From: Geobacter metallireducens GS-15
GTDB taxonomy: Bacteria; Desulfobacterota; Desulfuromonadia; Geobacterales; Geobacteraceae
Length of the DNA stretch: 32,000 bases
NCBI RefSeq assembly: GCF_000012925.1
Contig: NC_007517.1
Coordinates: 3,120,001-3,152,000, forward strand
Direction of reading: 5' to 3'
Positions 1 to 6,860 of this stretch are shown in pieces. The notes beneath the pieces were generated by a model. The model worked only from the letters and a program-made list of their open reading frames with translations, was not told where the DNA came from and ran no database searches. The position numbers were made by a program, and so were the translations under genes. Each line of letters opens with the position of its first letter. Positions within the stretch are counted from its first letter, which is position 1.

Positions 1-1290
1 ATCGCCCCCCTGGAGATCCGCGGCGATTTCCCGGGCCATGGCGCCAAGATCGACGCTCTGGCGAACCAGTTCGCCGGCGCTCACCCGGGACAACTCGTGG
101 AGATGGCCGATGAGCTCCTTCATCCGGTCACCGGCCTTGCATATCCGCATCAGGATCTGCATGCCGTTTTCGTCCAGGGAGCCGGCGTGCTCTTCCCTGA
201 GGGTCCGGGTAAAGCCTTCAATGGTGTTCAGAGGCGCCCGAAGGTCGTGGGAAACCGAATAGGTGAACAATTCCAGCTCCTGGTTGACGGCCGCCAACTG
301 GGAAGTCCTCTCGGCAACCCGCTGCTCCAGATCGGCATTGAGACGCCGAACCTCCTCCTCGACCCGCGCCCGCTCCCGTGCTTCCTCTTCGAGACGCCCC
401 CTGGCCGTCTGGAGCTCGGCCGTCCGTTTTGCCACTTCGATCCGCAACAGCGCCGGCTGCCGCTGGAACAGGTAGGCAAGACTCCCCATCGCCAGGCTGA
501 CCAGGATAACCGTGGCGCCGTACCACACTATTCCCGAGCGCGTGAGCCATCCCCCCGACGGCGACACCGAGAGTACCCATTTCCCGTTGGGCACGTCGAA
601 GGCAAACTCCACCGGATCTGCCAGGAGAGTCCCCCCCCCTTGGGCAACTACAATTTTTTCACCGCTGCCGGGATGGAGGCGGGATACCCGATACGCATAG
701 CCGTTTTTTGCGAGAAGGTTCAGGTTGCTGGCGTCCATAAGGGTCCGCAGCCGGATGATGGCCGCCGTAAACCCCCAGAACCGCTCGCCTCCCCGGCCGT
801 CGGAAAGGAACACCGCCTGCCGCCCCACAACCGCCTTCCCCCCCTGTTTGAGCTCGAAGGGACCATCGAGGGAAAGCCGGCGGGACTCGATGGCCCGCAG
901 CGCTTCGAAGCTGCGAACAGGGTCCCGGAGGATGTCGAACCCGACGGCCTTTTCGTTGCCGGCAAGGGGGTAGACCTCGGTTATGACCCCCTCGGGCACC
1001 AGCTGGAGAGTGTCGATGCCGCCGTAGACCTTGATCATCTCCGCCGCCAGGGAGGCGAAATTCTCAATTCTGCCCTGTTGTCGGAGGATGGCGGCCAGGG
1101 CGTTGGTGGCCGACAGGGAGCGAAAAAGCTGATGATCAAGGGAATGGGCCGCGTTGGCGGCAATCTGGGACACGGTTTGGCGGTACTCCTGCTTCCGCTC
1201 GCGCGCCAGCTCGCCGGCAAGTACCGCGCCCATCCCCATGAAAAGCGAAAATACCAGCAGTGCCCATAGGGTCGCTCTGTTCAGACTCAC
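1..1290 (-). CDS. CHASE-domain sensor histidine kinase (C-terminal part lies beyond the left window edge)
   Basis: The minus-strand frame is open from GTG at 1290 to position 1 with no stop, so it is absent from the ORF track. My translation shows an N-terminal TM (TLWALLVFSLFMGMGAVLAG) and a CHASE-like periplasmic segment (VPEGVITEVYPLAGNEKAVGFDILRDPVRSFEALRAIESRRLSLDGPFELKQGG). These are followed by a second TM (IVWYGATVILVSLAMGSLAYLF), a coiled coil and the HisKA H-box ELFTYSVSHDLRAPLNTIEGF. Confidence 0.8.
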   Translation of the reverse strand, partial: MSLNRATLWALLVFSLFMGMGAVLAGELARERKQEYRQTVSQIAANAAHSLDHQLFRSLSATNALAAILRQQGRIENFASLAAEMIKVYGGIDTLQLVPEGVITEVYPLAGNEKAVGFDILRDPVRSFEALRAIESRRLSLDGPFELKQGGKAVVGRQAVFLSDGRGGERFWGFTAAIIRLRTLMDASNLNLLAKNGYAYRVSRLHPGSGEKIVVAQGGGTLLADPVEFAFDVPNGKWVLSVSPSGGWLTRSGIVWYGATVILVSLAMGSLAYLFQRQPALLRIEVAKRTAELQTARGRLEEEARERARVEEEVRRLNADLEQRVAERTSQLAAVNQELELFTYSVSHDLRAPLNTIEGFTRTLREEHAGSLDENGMQILMRICKAGDRMKELIGHLHELSRVSAGELVRQSVDLGAMAREIAADLQGGD

Positions 1291-1328
1291 CGGCTTGTGC
1301 TCCACGGCCCATCCATTCCCTTATGCCC

Positions 1329-3275
1329 TCACCCCTCCGTACCGCCTTTTTTCACAAAGTTCAGGGTCCCCCCGGCCAGAAGCTCCTGCCGCTGCCGGTC
1401 TGAGACCTCCAGAATGGTGACAATCTCCCGTCCGTCCACCCGCACCGGTATCTCTGCGGCGCCGGAGGCCACGAGCCGGCGCACATCGGGGAACACGAGG
1501 CGGTCCCCCTGCTTCACCAGGTCGTAGTCGGCGGGATTTCTGAACGTGAGGGGGAGGATGCCGAAGTTCACCAGGTTCGCCTTGTGGATCCGGGCGAAGC
1601 TCTTGACGATCTTGGCCCGGATGCCGAGATAGCGCGGCGCCAGGGCCGCATGCTCCCGGCTCGACCCCTGGCCGTAGTTCTCCCCGCCGATGACGACGCC
1701 GTTCCCCTTCTCCTTGGCCCGCTTGTGGAAATCGGGGTCCAGATGCTCGAAGACGAACTGGCTGATGGCCGGGATGTTGCTCCGGTAGGGGAGCACCTTA
1801 TTCCCCGCAGGCATGATGGTGTCGGTGGAGATATTGTCCCCCACGGTGAGGATGACCTCCGCCTCCAAGGTCTCGGGGAGGGGATCGTAGTCGGGGAACG
1901 GGATGATGTTGGGGCCGGTGACGATCTCCACCCGCTTCGCCTCCTCGGGGGGGAGGGGGAAGATGATGCTGGAGTCGTCCAGGATGTAGTTCTCAGGGTT
2001 CTGGACGTTGGGCCACGGCATGAGGCCCTCCAGCTTGCGGGGGTCGGTGACCACGCCGAAGAGGCCGGCGGCGGCTGCCGTCTCGGGGGAGCAGAGGTAG
2101 ACCAGATCGTTCTTCGTGCCGCTTCTCCCCGGGAAGTTGCGGGGGAAGGTGCGGAGGCTCACCTGATTGGTCCCCGGCGCTTGCCCCATGCCGATGCAGC
2201 CGAGGCACCCCGGCTGGTGGATCTGGGCGCCGGCCAGAAGCAACATCATGATCCCGCCTTGATCCGCCACGTTTTCCAGCACCTGGCGGCTCCCCGGGTT
2301 CACGTTGAAGGAGAGGTGGGGGGCGATGCGCCGGCCATCCAGGATGCGACAGACGGTCATGAGGTCCCGGAAGGCGGAGTTGGCGGAACTCCCCACCAGC
2401 ACCTGGTCCACCTTCAACCCCTCGATGTCGGCCACCCGCACCACGTTGTCGGGGGATGACGGCCGGGCGATGAGGGGTTCCACCGTGGCGAGGTCAATCT
2501 CCTCGTACTCGTCGTAGGTGGCGTCGGGGTCGGCGGCAAGCTCCTGCCAGAGCTGGCCGCGCCCCTGGGCCTCCAGGAACTCGCGGGTCCGGTGGTCCGA
2601 GGGGAAGACGGAGGTGGTGGCCCCCAGTTCCGCCCCCATGTTGCCGATGATGGCCCGGTCCGTGGCCGAGAGGGTCGCCACGCCGGGGCCGTAGTACTCG
2701 ATGATCTTCCCGACCCCCCCCTTCACCGTGTGGCGGCGGAGCATCTCCAGGATCACATCCTTGGCCGAGACCCAGGGCTGGAGCTCTCCCGTGAGCTTCA
2801 CTCCCCAGATCTTCGGACAGGGGAGATGGAAGGGGTGCCCCGCCATGGCCAGTGAGACATCGAGCCCCCCGGCGCCGATGGCGATCATGGAAAGACCGGC
2901 GGCGGAGGTGGTGTGGGAGTCGGCCCCGAGCATGGTCTTGCCCGGCACGCCGAAGCGCTCCAGGTGCACCTGGTGGGAGACCCCGTTCCCCGGCTTGGAG
3001 ACGTGGATGCCGAACCGCTGGGCCGCGGTCATGAGAAAGATGTGGTCGTCGGCGTTGCGGTTGTCGGTCTGGAGGAGGTTATGGTCGATGTACTGGGCCG
3101 CCAGCTCCACCTTCACCCGGTCGACCCCCATGGCGATGAACTCCAGCATGGCCATGGTGCCGGTGGCGTCCTGCAAGAGCGCGTGGTCGATCTTCAGGGC
3201 GATCTCGGTGCCCGGCTTAAGCTCGCCCTTCGCGAGGTGCGCTTCGAGGATCTTGGTTGCGAGATTTTTTCCCAT
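1329..3275 (-). CDS. aconitate hydratase (about 648 aa single-polypeptide aconitase)
   Basis: Track ORF 1329..3632 trimmed to ATG at 3275, which has a GGAGG just upstream; the longer form would overlap lpdA. Aconitase motifs are present: GADSHTTSA, QPGCLGCIGMG, NFPGRSG and swivel-domain GENYGQGSSREHAALAPR. Confidence 0.92.
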   Translation of the reverse strand: MGKNLATKILEAHLAKGELKPGTEIALKIDHALLQDATGTMAMLEFIAMGVDRVKVELAAQYIDHNLLQTDNRNADDHIFLMTAAQRFGIHVSKPGNGVSHQVHLERFGVPGKTMLGADSHTTSAAGLSMIAIGAGGLDVSLAMAGHPFHLPCPKIWGVKLTGELQPWVSAKDVILEMLRRHTVKGGVGKIIEYYGPGVATLSATDRAIIGNMGAELGATTSVFPSDHRTREFLEAQGRGQLWQELAADPDATYDEYEEIDLATVEPLIARPSSPDNVVRVADIEGLKVDQVLVGSSANSAFRDLMTVCRILDGRRIAPHLSFNVNPGSRQVLENVADQGGIMMLLLAGAQIHQPGCLGCIGMGQAPGTNQVSLRTFPRNFPGRSGTKNDLVYLCSPETAAAAGLFGVVTDPRKLEGLMPWPNVQNPENYILDDSSIIFPLPPEEAKRVEIVTGPNIIPFPDYDPLPETLEAEVILTVGDNISTDTIMPAGNKVLPYRSNIPAISQFVFEHLDPDFHKRAKEKGNGVVIGGENYGQGSSREHAALAPRYLGIRAKIVKSFARIHKANLVNFGILPLTFRNPADYDLVKQGDRLVFPDVRRLVASGAAEIPVRVDGREIVTILEVSDRQRQELLAGGTLNFVKKGGTEG

Positions 3276-3289
3276 GGGAACCTCCGTGT

Positions 3290-4723
3290 TCACGCATGTA
3301 TCGCCCGTTTCTCCACATCCAGGGCCGCCTCCTTCATGGCCTCGGCCAGGGTCGGGTGGGCGTGGAAGGTCATGGCGATGTCGGCGGCGCTGCCGCCGTA
3401 GGTCATGACGGTAACCGCCTCGGCGATGACATCCGAGGCCCGGGGGCCGATGACGTGGATGCCGAGGACCCGGCCGGTGTCGGGGGTGGCGAGGATCTTC
3501 ACGAACCCTTCGGTCTCGTCCATGCACTTGGCGCGGCCGTTGGCCATGAAGGGGAACTTCCCGACGCGGTACTCGACCCCCTCCGTTTTCAGCTCCTCCT
3601 CGGTCCGCCCCACGCCGGCCGCCTCGGGCCACGTATAAACGATACCAGGGATATAGGCGTAGTCCACCACCGACGCCTGGCCGGTGAGCCGCTCGGCAAA
3701 GACCTCCCCCTCCGCCATGGCCTTGTGGGCAAGCATGGGGCCGTGGATCAGGTCGCCGATGGCGTAAATCCCCCGAAGGGACGTCTGGTAGTTATCGTCC
3801 ACGGCGATCCGTCCCGCCTCCAGCCGGACTCCCAATTCCTCCAGGCCGAGCCCCGCCGTGAGGGGACGCCGCCCCGCCGCCACCAGCACCCGGTCGCAGA
3901 CGATCTCCTCCGTGGCCCCCCCCGCTTCCACGGTGACCGCTGCCTTCCCGTCACGCTTGGCAAAGCCGGTCACCTTGGTCTCCATCCGGAAGACGATCCC
4001 CTGCTTCTTCAGGGAGCCCATGAGGGTGTCGGCCACCTGACCGTCGGTGTTGGGAAGCATCTTCGGGAGCATCTCCACCACCGTAACCTGGCTTCCGAGC
4101 CGCCGCCAGACCGAGCCAAGCTCCAGGCCGACGTACCCCGCCCCCACCACCAGGAGATGCTCCGGCACCCGGTCGAAGGAGAGGGCTTCCCGGGCGCTCA
4201 CCACCAGTTCACCGTCAAAGGGCATGAACGGAATCACCGCCGCCTCGCTTCCCGTTGCCAGAAGCACCCGCTTTCCCCTGAGGGTCTGCTTTTCCCGGTC
4301 CCCGGTCCCCGGTCCCTGGTCCCCGCCTTCAACGTCAACGCCGTGGGCTCCGTCCCGCTCGCCCGTGAGCCGGGCCGTCCCCTGCACCCGTGCAATCTTG
4401 TTCTTCTTGAAGAGGAAGGCGACGCCGTCGGTCAGCTTCTTCACCACGTCGTCCTTGCGGGCCATCATCCGGGCCAGGTCGAGCCGTGGCGGATCGATGG
4501 CTATGCCGTGGCCGGCGAACCTGTCCCTGGCCAGGGCGAAGAGTTCCGAGGAATCCAGGAGCGCCTTGCTGGGAATGCACCCCTCGTTGAGGCAGACCCC
4601 CCCCAGGGCGGACCGCTTCTCCACCACCGCGACGCTCATCCCCAGCTGGGCCGCGCGGATGGCGGCCACGTAGCCGCCAGGGCCGGCACCGATGACAATG
4701 AGGTCGTAAAGCTCTTCAGACAT
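3290..4723 (-). CDS. lpdA: dihydrolipoyl dehydrogenase (E3)
   Basis: 477 aa. FAD fold DLIVIGAGPGGYVAA, redox-active disulfide GGVCLNEGCIPSK, NAD fold LLVVGAGYVGLE and C-terminal HAHPTLAE. GGGAGG lies upstream of the ATG at 4723. Confidence 0.95.
   Translation of the reverse strand: MSEELYDLIVIGAGPGGYVAAIRAAQLGMSVAVVEKRSALGGVCLNEGCIPSKALLDSSELFALARDRFAGHGIAIDPPRLDLARMMARKDDVVKKLTDGVAFLFKKNKIARVQGTARLTGERDGAHGVDVEGGDQGPGTGDREKQTLRGKRVLLATGSEAAVIPFMPFDGELVVSAREALSFDRVPEHLLVVGAGYVGLELGSVWRRLGSQVTVVEMLPKMLPNTDGQVADTLMGSLKKQGIVFRMETKVTGFAKRDGKAAVTVEAGGATEEIVCDRVLVAAGRRPLTAGLGLEELGVRLEAGRIAVDDNYQTSLRGIYAIGDLIHGPMLAHKAMAEGEVFAERLTGQASVVDYAYIPGIVYTWPEAAGVGRTEEELKTEGVEYRVGKFPFMANGRAKCMDETEGFVKILATPDTGRVLGIHVIGPRASDVIAEAVTVMTYGGSAADIAMTFHAHPTLAEAMKEAALDVEKRAIHA
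4297..4324 (-). repeat. tandem heptamer array, 4 units of GGGGACC (one unit AGGGACC) on the minus/sense strand, inside lpdA
   Basis: The + strand reads ggtcccc ggtcccc ggtccct ggtcccc. In the lpdA frame this encodes GDQGPGTGDR. Confidence 0.95.
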
Positions 4724-4785
4724 GGAATCCTCCCGGAATGATTGTGGTATCCGCTACTGAAATGGGAAACAGGCCGGCAGAAGAA

Positions 4786-5601
4786 CTACTTTGCACCCGG
4801 CCGGTAGATGATTTCGAACGTCCCCCCTTGGATGCGGTTCCAGACCCCCTTGTCCGGAGAATACGCCGGATAGACCGGGGCAATCGCCTCCTTCAGGTGG
4901 GGCACGGAAAACCGGAGGCCGAACTCCCCCTGGTCAAGGATCACCCCCATCCCTTCAAGATGCGCTCCCCCATCGGCAGCGTCGCCCGAAGGCGCGGCAC
5001 GGGGCGCCGTAATGAACGGCTCCAGGGAGCGGATCTCGGTGGGACGTCCCGGCAGGGCAACCAGCTGCCGGAGCACGTCGCGGGCTCCCCCGCTCCCCTG
5101 GCGGGAGGCCTTGCCGAGCCACTCCATGGCTGCCACCTTGTCGACCGGAACCCCATCGCCGGAGAGAAGGAGGAGACCATAGGCGTACTGGGCCTCGGCA
5201 TCGCCACCAGCCGCAGCCCTGGCGATCCAGCGGGCGGCTTCCTTCTGGTCCTGCTTCACTCCCGCACCTTCGTGGTAGAGGGTGCCCAGGAAGTACTGGG
5301 CCCGCACGTGTCCCCGCTCCGCGGCGATCCTCATGAACCGGACCGATTCCGCGGGATTGCGCGCAACGCCCGTGCCATCGAGAAACATCAGGGCAAGCCG
5401 GAAAGCGGCGCCGGCGTCACCCCTCTGCGCCGCTCCCCTGGTCCGGGCAAACTCCTGTGCCGCAGGTGTTTTGCCATTCCTGCCGACCCGGGCCGATGCC
5501 GACGGATCAGGAGCGGCCAGGAGAAGGGCCGCCAGCAGTGAGCAGGTCCCTGCGGCGGTCAATCTACCCTTCAAGGAAGAGTTCCTCGGGCTCTTCCACA
5601 T
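4786..5601 (-). CDS. Sel1-repeat (SLR/TPR-like) protein with signal-peptide-like N-terminus and an unassigned C-terminal region of about 90 aa
   Basis: Consecutive Sel1-like units: AAFRLALMFLDGTGVARNPAESVRFMRIAAERGHVRAQYFLGTLYHEGAGVKQDQKEAARWIARAAAGGDAEAQYAYGLLLLSGDGVPVDKVAAMEWLGKA. Hydrophobic leader CSLLAALLLAAP..ASA. The start is uncertain: the track start at 5601 overlaps sucB by 38 nt, and an in-frame TTG at 5562 abuts the sucB stop. Confidence 0.75.
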   Translation of the reverse strand: MWKSPRNSSLKGRLTAAGTCSLLAALLLAAPDPSASARVGRNGKTPAAQEFARTRGAAQRGDAGAAFRLALMFLDGTGVARNPAESVRFMRIAAERGHVRAQYFLGTLYHEGAGVKQDQKEAARWIARAAAGGDAEAQYAYGLLLLSGDGVPVDKVAAMEWLGKASRQGSGGARDVLRQLVALPGRPTEIRSLEPFITAPRAAPSGDAADGGAHLEGMGVILDQGEFGLRFSVPHLKEAIAPVYPAYSPDKGVWNRIQGGTFEIIYRPGAK

Positions 5602-6820
5602 ACTCCTTCACCTTCTTCAGGAACCCGACCGCCTCGCGGCCGTCGATGATCCGGTGGTCGTAGGAGAGGGCCAGGTACATCATGGGACGTATGACGATCT
5701 GGCCGTCGCGGACCACGGGGCGCTCCTGGACGGCGTGCATGCCGAGGACGCCGCTCTGGGGCGGGTTGAGAATGGGAGTGGAGAGGAGCGAGCCGTAGAC
5801 CCCGCCGTTGGAGATGGTGAAAGTCCCCCCCTGGAGATCCGACAGCTCCAGCCGGTTGGCCTTGGTCTTTTCCGCGAACCCGGCGATGGTCGTCTCGATC
5901 TCGGCAAAGGAGAGCCGGTCGGCGTCCCGGAGCACCGGCACCACGAGCCCCTTCTCGGCCCCAATGGCGATGCCGATATGGTAGTAGTGGTGGAAGACGA
6001 TGTCATCCCCCTCGATGGAGCCGTTCACCGCCGGATACTCCTTCAGGGCCTCCACGCACGCCTTCACGAAGAACGACATGAAACCGAGGGAGACGCCGTG
6101 CTTCTTCTGGAAATGCTCCTTGTACTTCTTCCGCAGTTCCATCACCCGGCCCAGATCCGCCTCGTTGAACGTGGTGAGCATGGCGGTCTGCTGCCGGGCC
6201 ACCAGGAGCCGCTCGGCGATCCGTTTGCGGATGGGGGTCATCGGCGAGCGCGTAACGCGCTCTGCCGCGGGGACCGGGGACCGGGGACCGGGGACCGGCT
6301 CAAAAGCAAATTCTTTCTGCTTACCCCCAACCGCCGCCGCTTCACCCGATTTCACCGCAGCATCCTTCGGCACTTCCCCGCCTTTCCCGGTCCCCGGTCC
6401 CCGGTCCCCCGTCCCGGCTGTCAAGTCCCTGGTCCCGGCCGTTAAGAGATCATCCACCGTCACCCGCCCGCCCCGGCCGCTTCCATGGACAGTTTCCGGC
6501 TTAATCCCCAGCTCCTGGGCAATCTTGCGAACCGCCGGCGACAGTGGAGGCACCTCCTTGCCTTTCCCGGTCCCCGGTCCCCGGTCCCCGGTCCCGGCTT
6601 CTATAATGCCGATGACGGAGCCGATCTTCACCGTGGCCCCTTCCGGCACCATGATGGTGAGCACACCGTCGGCCCCGGCGTCGATCTCCATGGTGATCTT
6701 GTCGGTCTCGATCTCGCAGACCGGCTCGTCCTTCCGGACCGCCTCGCCGTTCTTTTTCAGCCACTTCCCCACCAGTGCCTCGTAGACCGATTCGCCCACT
6801 GACGGAACCTTTATTTCCAT
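5564..6820 (-). CDS. sucB: dihydrolipoyllysine-residue succinyltransferase, E2 of 2-oxoglutarate dehydrogenase
   Basis: Lipoyl domain with the lipoyl-lysine motif EIETDKITMEI, PSBD (LSPAVRKIAQELGIKPETVHGSGRGGRVTVDDL) and a catalytic domain ending in LSYDHRIIDGREAV. I prefer ATG at 6820 (MEIKVPSVGES, GAGAGG upstream) over the GTG at 6829 in the track. Confidence 0.93.
   Translation of the reverse strand: MEIKVPSVGESVYEALVGKWLKKNGEAVRKDEPVCEIETDKITMEIDAGADGVLTIMVPEGATVKIGSVIGIIEAGTGDRGPGTGKGKEVPPLSPAVRKIAQELGIKPETVHGSGRGGRVTVDDLLTAGTRDLTAGTGDRGPGTGKGGEVPKDAAVKSGEAAAVGGKQKEFAFEPVPGPRSPVPAAERVTRSPMTPIRKRIAERLLVARQQTAMLTTFNEADLGRVMELRKKYKEHFQKKHGVSLGFMSFFVKACVEALKEYPAVNGSIEGDDIVFHHYYHIGIAIGAEKGLVVPVLRDADRLSFAEIETTIAGFAEKTKANRLELSDLQGGTFTISNGGVYGSLLSTPILNPPQSGVLGMHAVQERPVVRDGQIVIRPMMYLALSYDHRIIDGREAVGFLKKVKEYVEEPEELFLEG
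6269..6296 (+). repeat. tandem heptamer array, 4 x GGGGACC on the + strand (antisense to sucB)
   Basis: Read directly: ggggacc x4 with no variants. In the sucB frame (minus strand) it encodes PVPGPRSPVP. Confidence 0.95.
6389..6415 (-). repeat. tandem heptamer array, 3 x GGGGACC plus one degenerate unit on the minus/sense strand of sucB
   Basis: The + strand reads ggtcccc x3 then cgtccc. It encodes GTGDRGPGTG in the linker after the PSBD. It lies within a 51-nt segment (6369-6419) that is 47/51 identical to 6549-6599. Confidence 0.95.
6569..6595 (-). repeat. tandem heptamer array, 3 x GGGGACC plus one truncated unit on the minus/sense strand of sucB
   Basis: The + strand reads ggtcccc x3 then ggtccc. 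It encodes GTGDRGPGTG in the linker between the lipoyl domain and the PSBD. Confidence 0.95.
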
Positions 6821-6860
6821 AGGGGACACCTCTCTCTCACATTACAAAAAGCAGGTCCGG

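Noticed and set aside
97-1269. 390-aa + strand ORF, the longest listed ORF at the left end
   Set aside because: It is antisense to a minus-strand frame that encodes clear CHASE and HisKA motifs. Its own translation is Pro/Arg/Gly-rich low complexity, typical of GC-rich shadow ORFs.
3276-3632. N-terminal extension of the aconitase ORF (767-aa version)
   Set aside because: The extension is Arg/Gly/Pro-rich, overlaps the 3' end of lpdA, and precedes a canonical MGKNLATKIL start with a GGAGG RBS. Extensions were trimmed for the same reason on sucA (13416-13919), glgC (10640-10699), the DUF948 gene (25323-25442), the cpgS-like gene (29550-29840), arcC (30491-30640) and the LOR/SDH-like gene (30547-30633).
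3257-4741. 494-aa + strand ORF
   Set aside because: It is exactly antisense to lpdA, which has unambiguous flavoprotein disulfide-reductase motifs. It has no recognisable motifs and a biased Gly/Arg/Pro/His composition.
6269-6595. Whether the clustered short direct repeats could be a CRISPR array
   Set aside because: The units are 7 nt and directly tandem with no spacers. They lie inside an intact sucB reading frame, and no cas genes are present.
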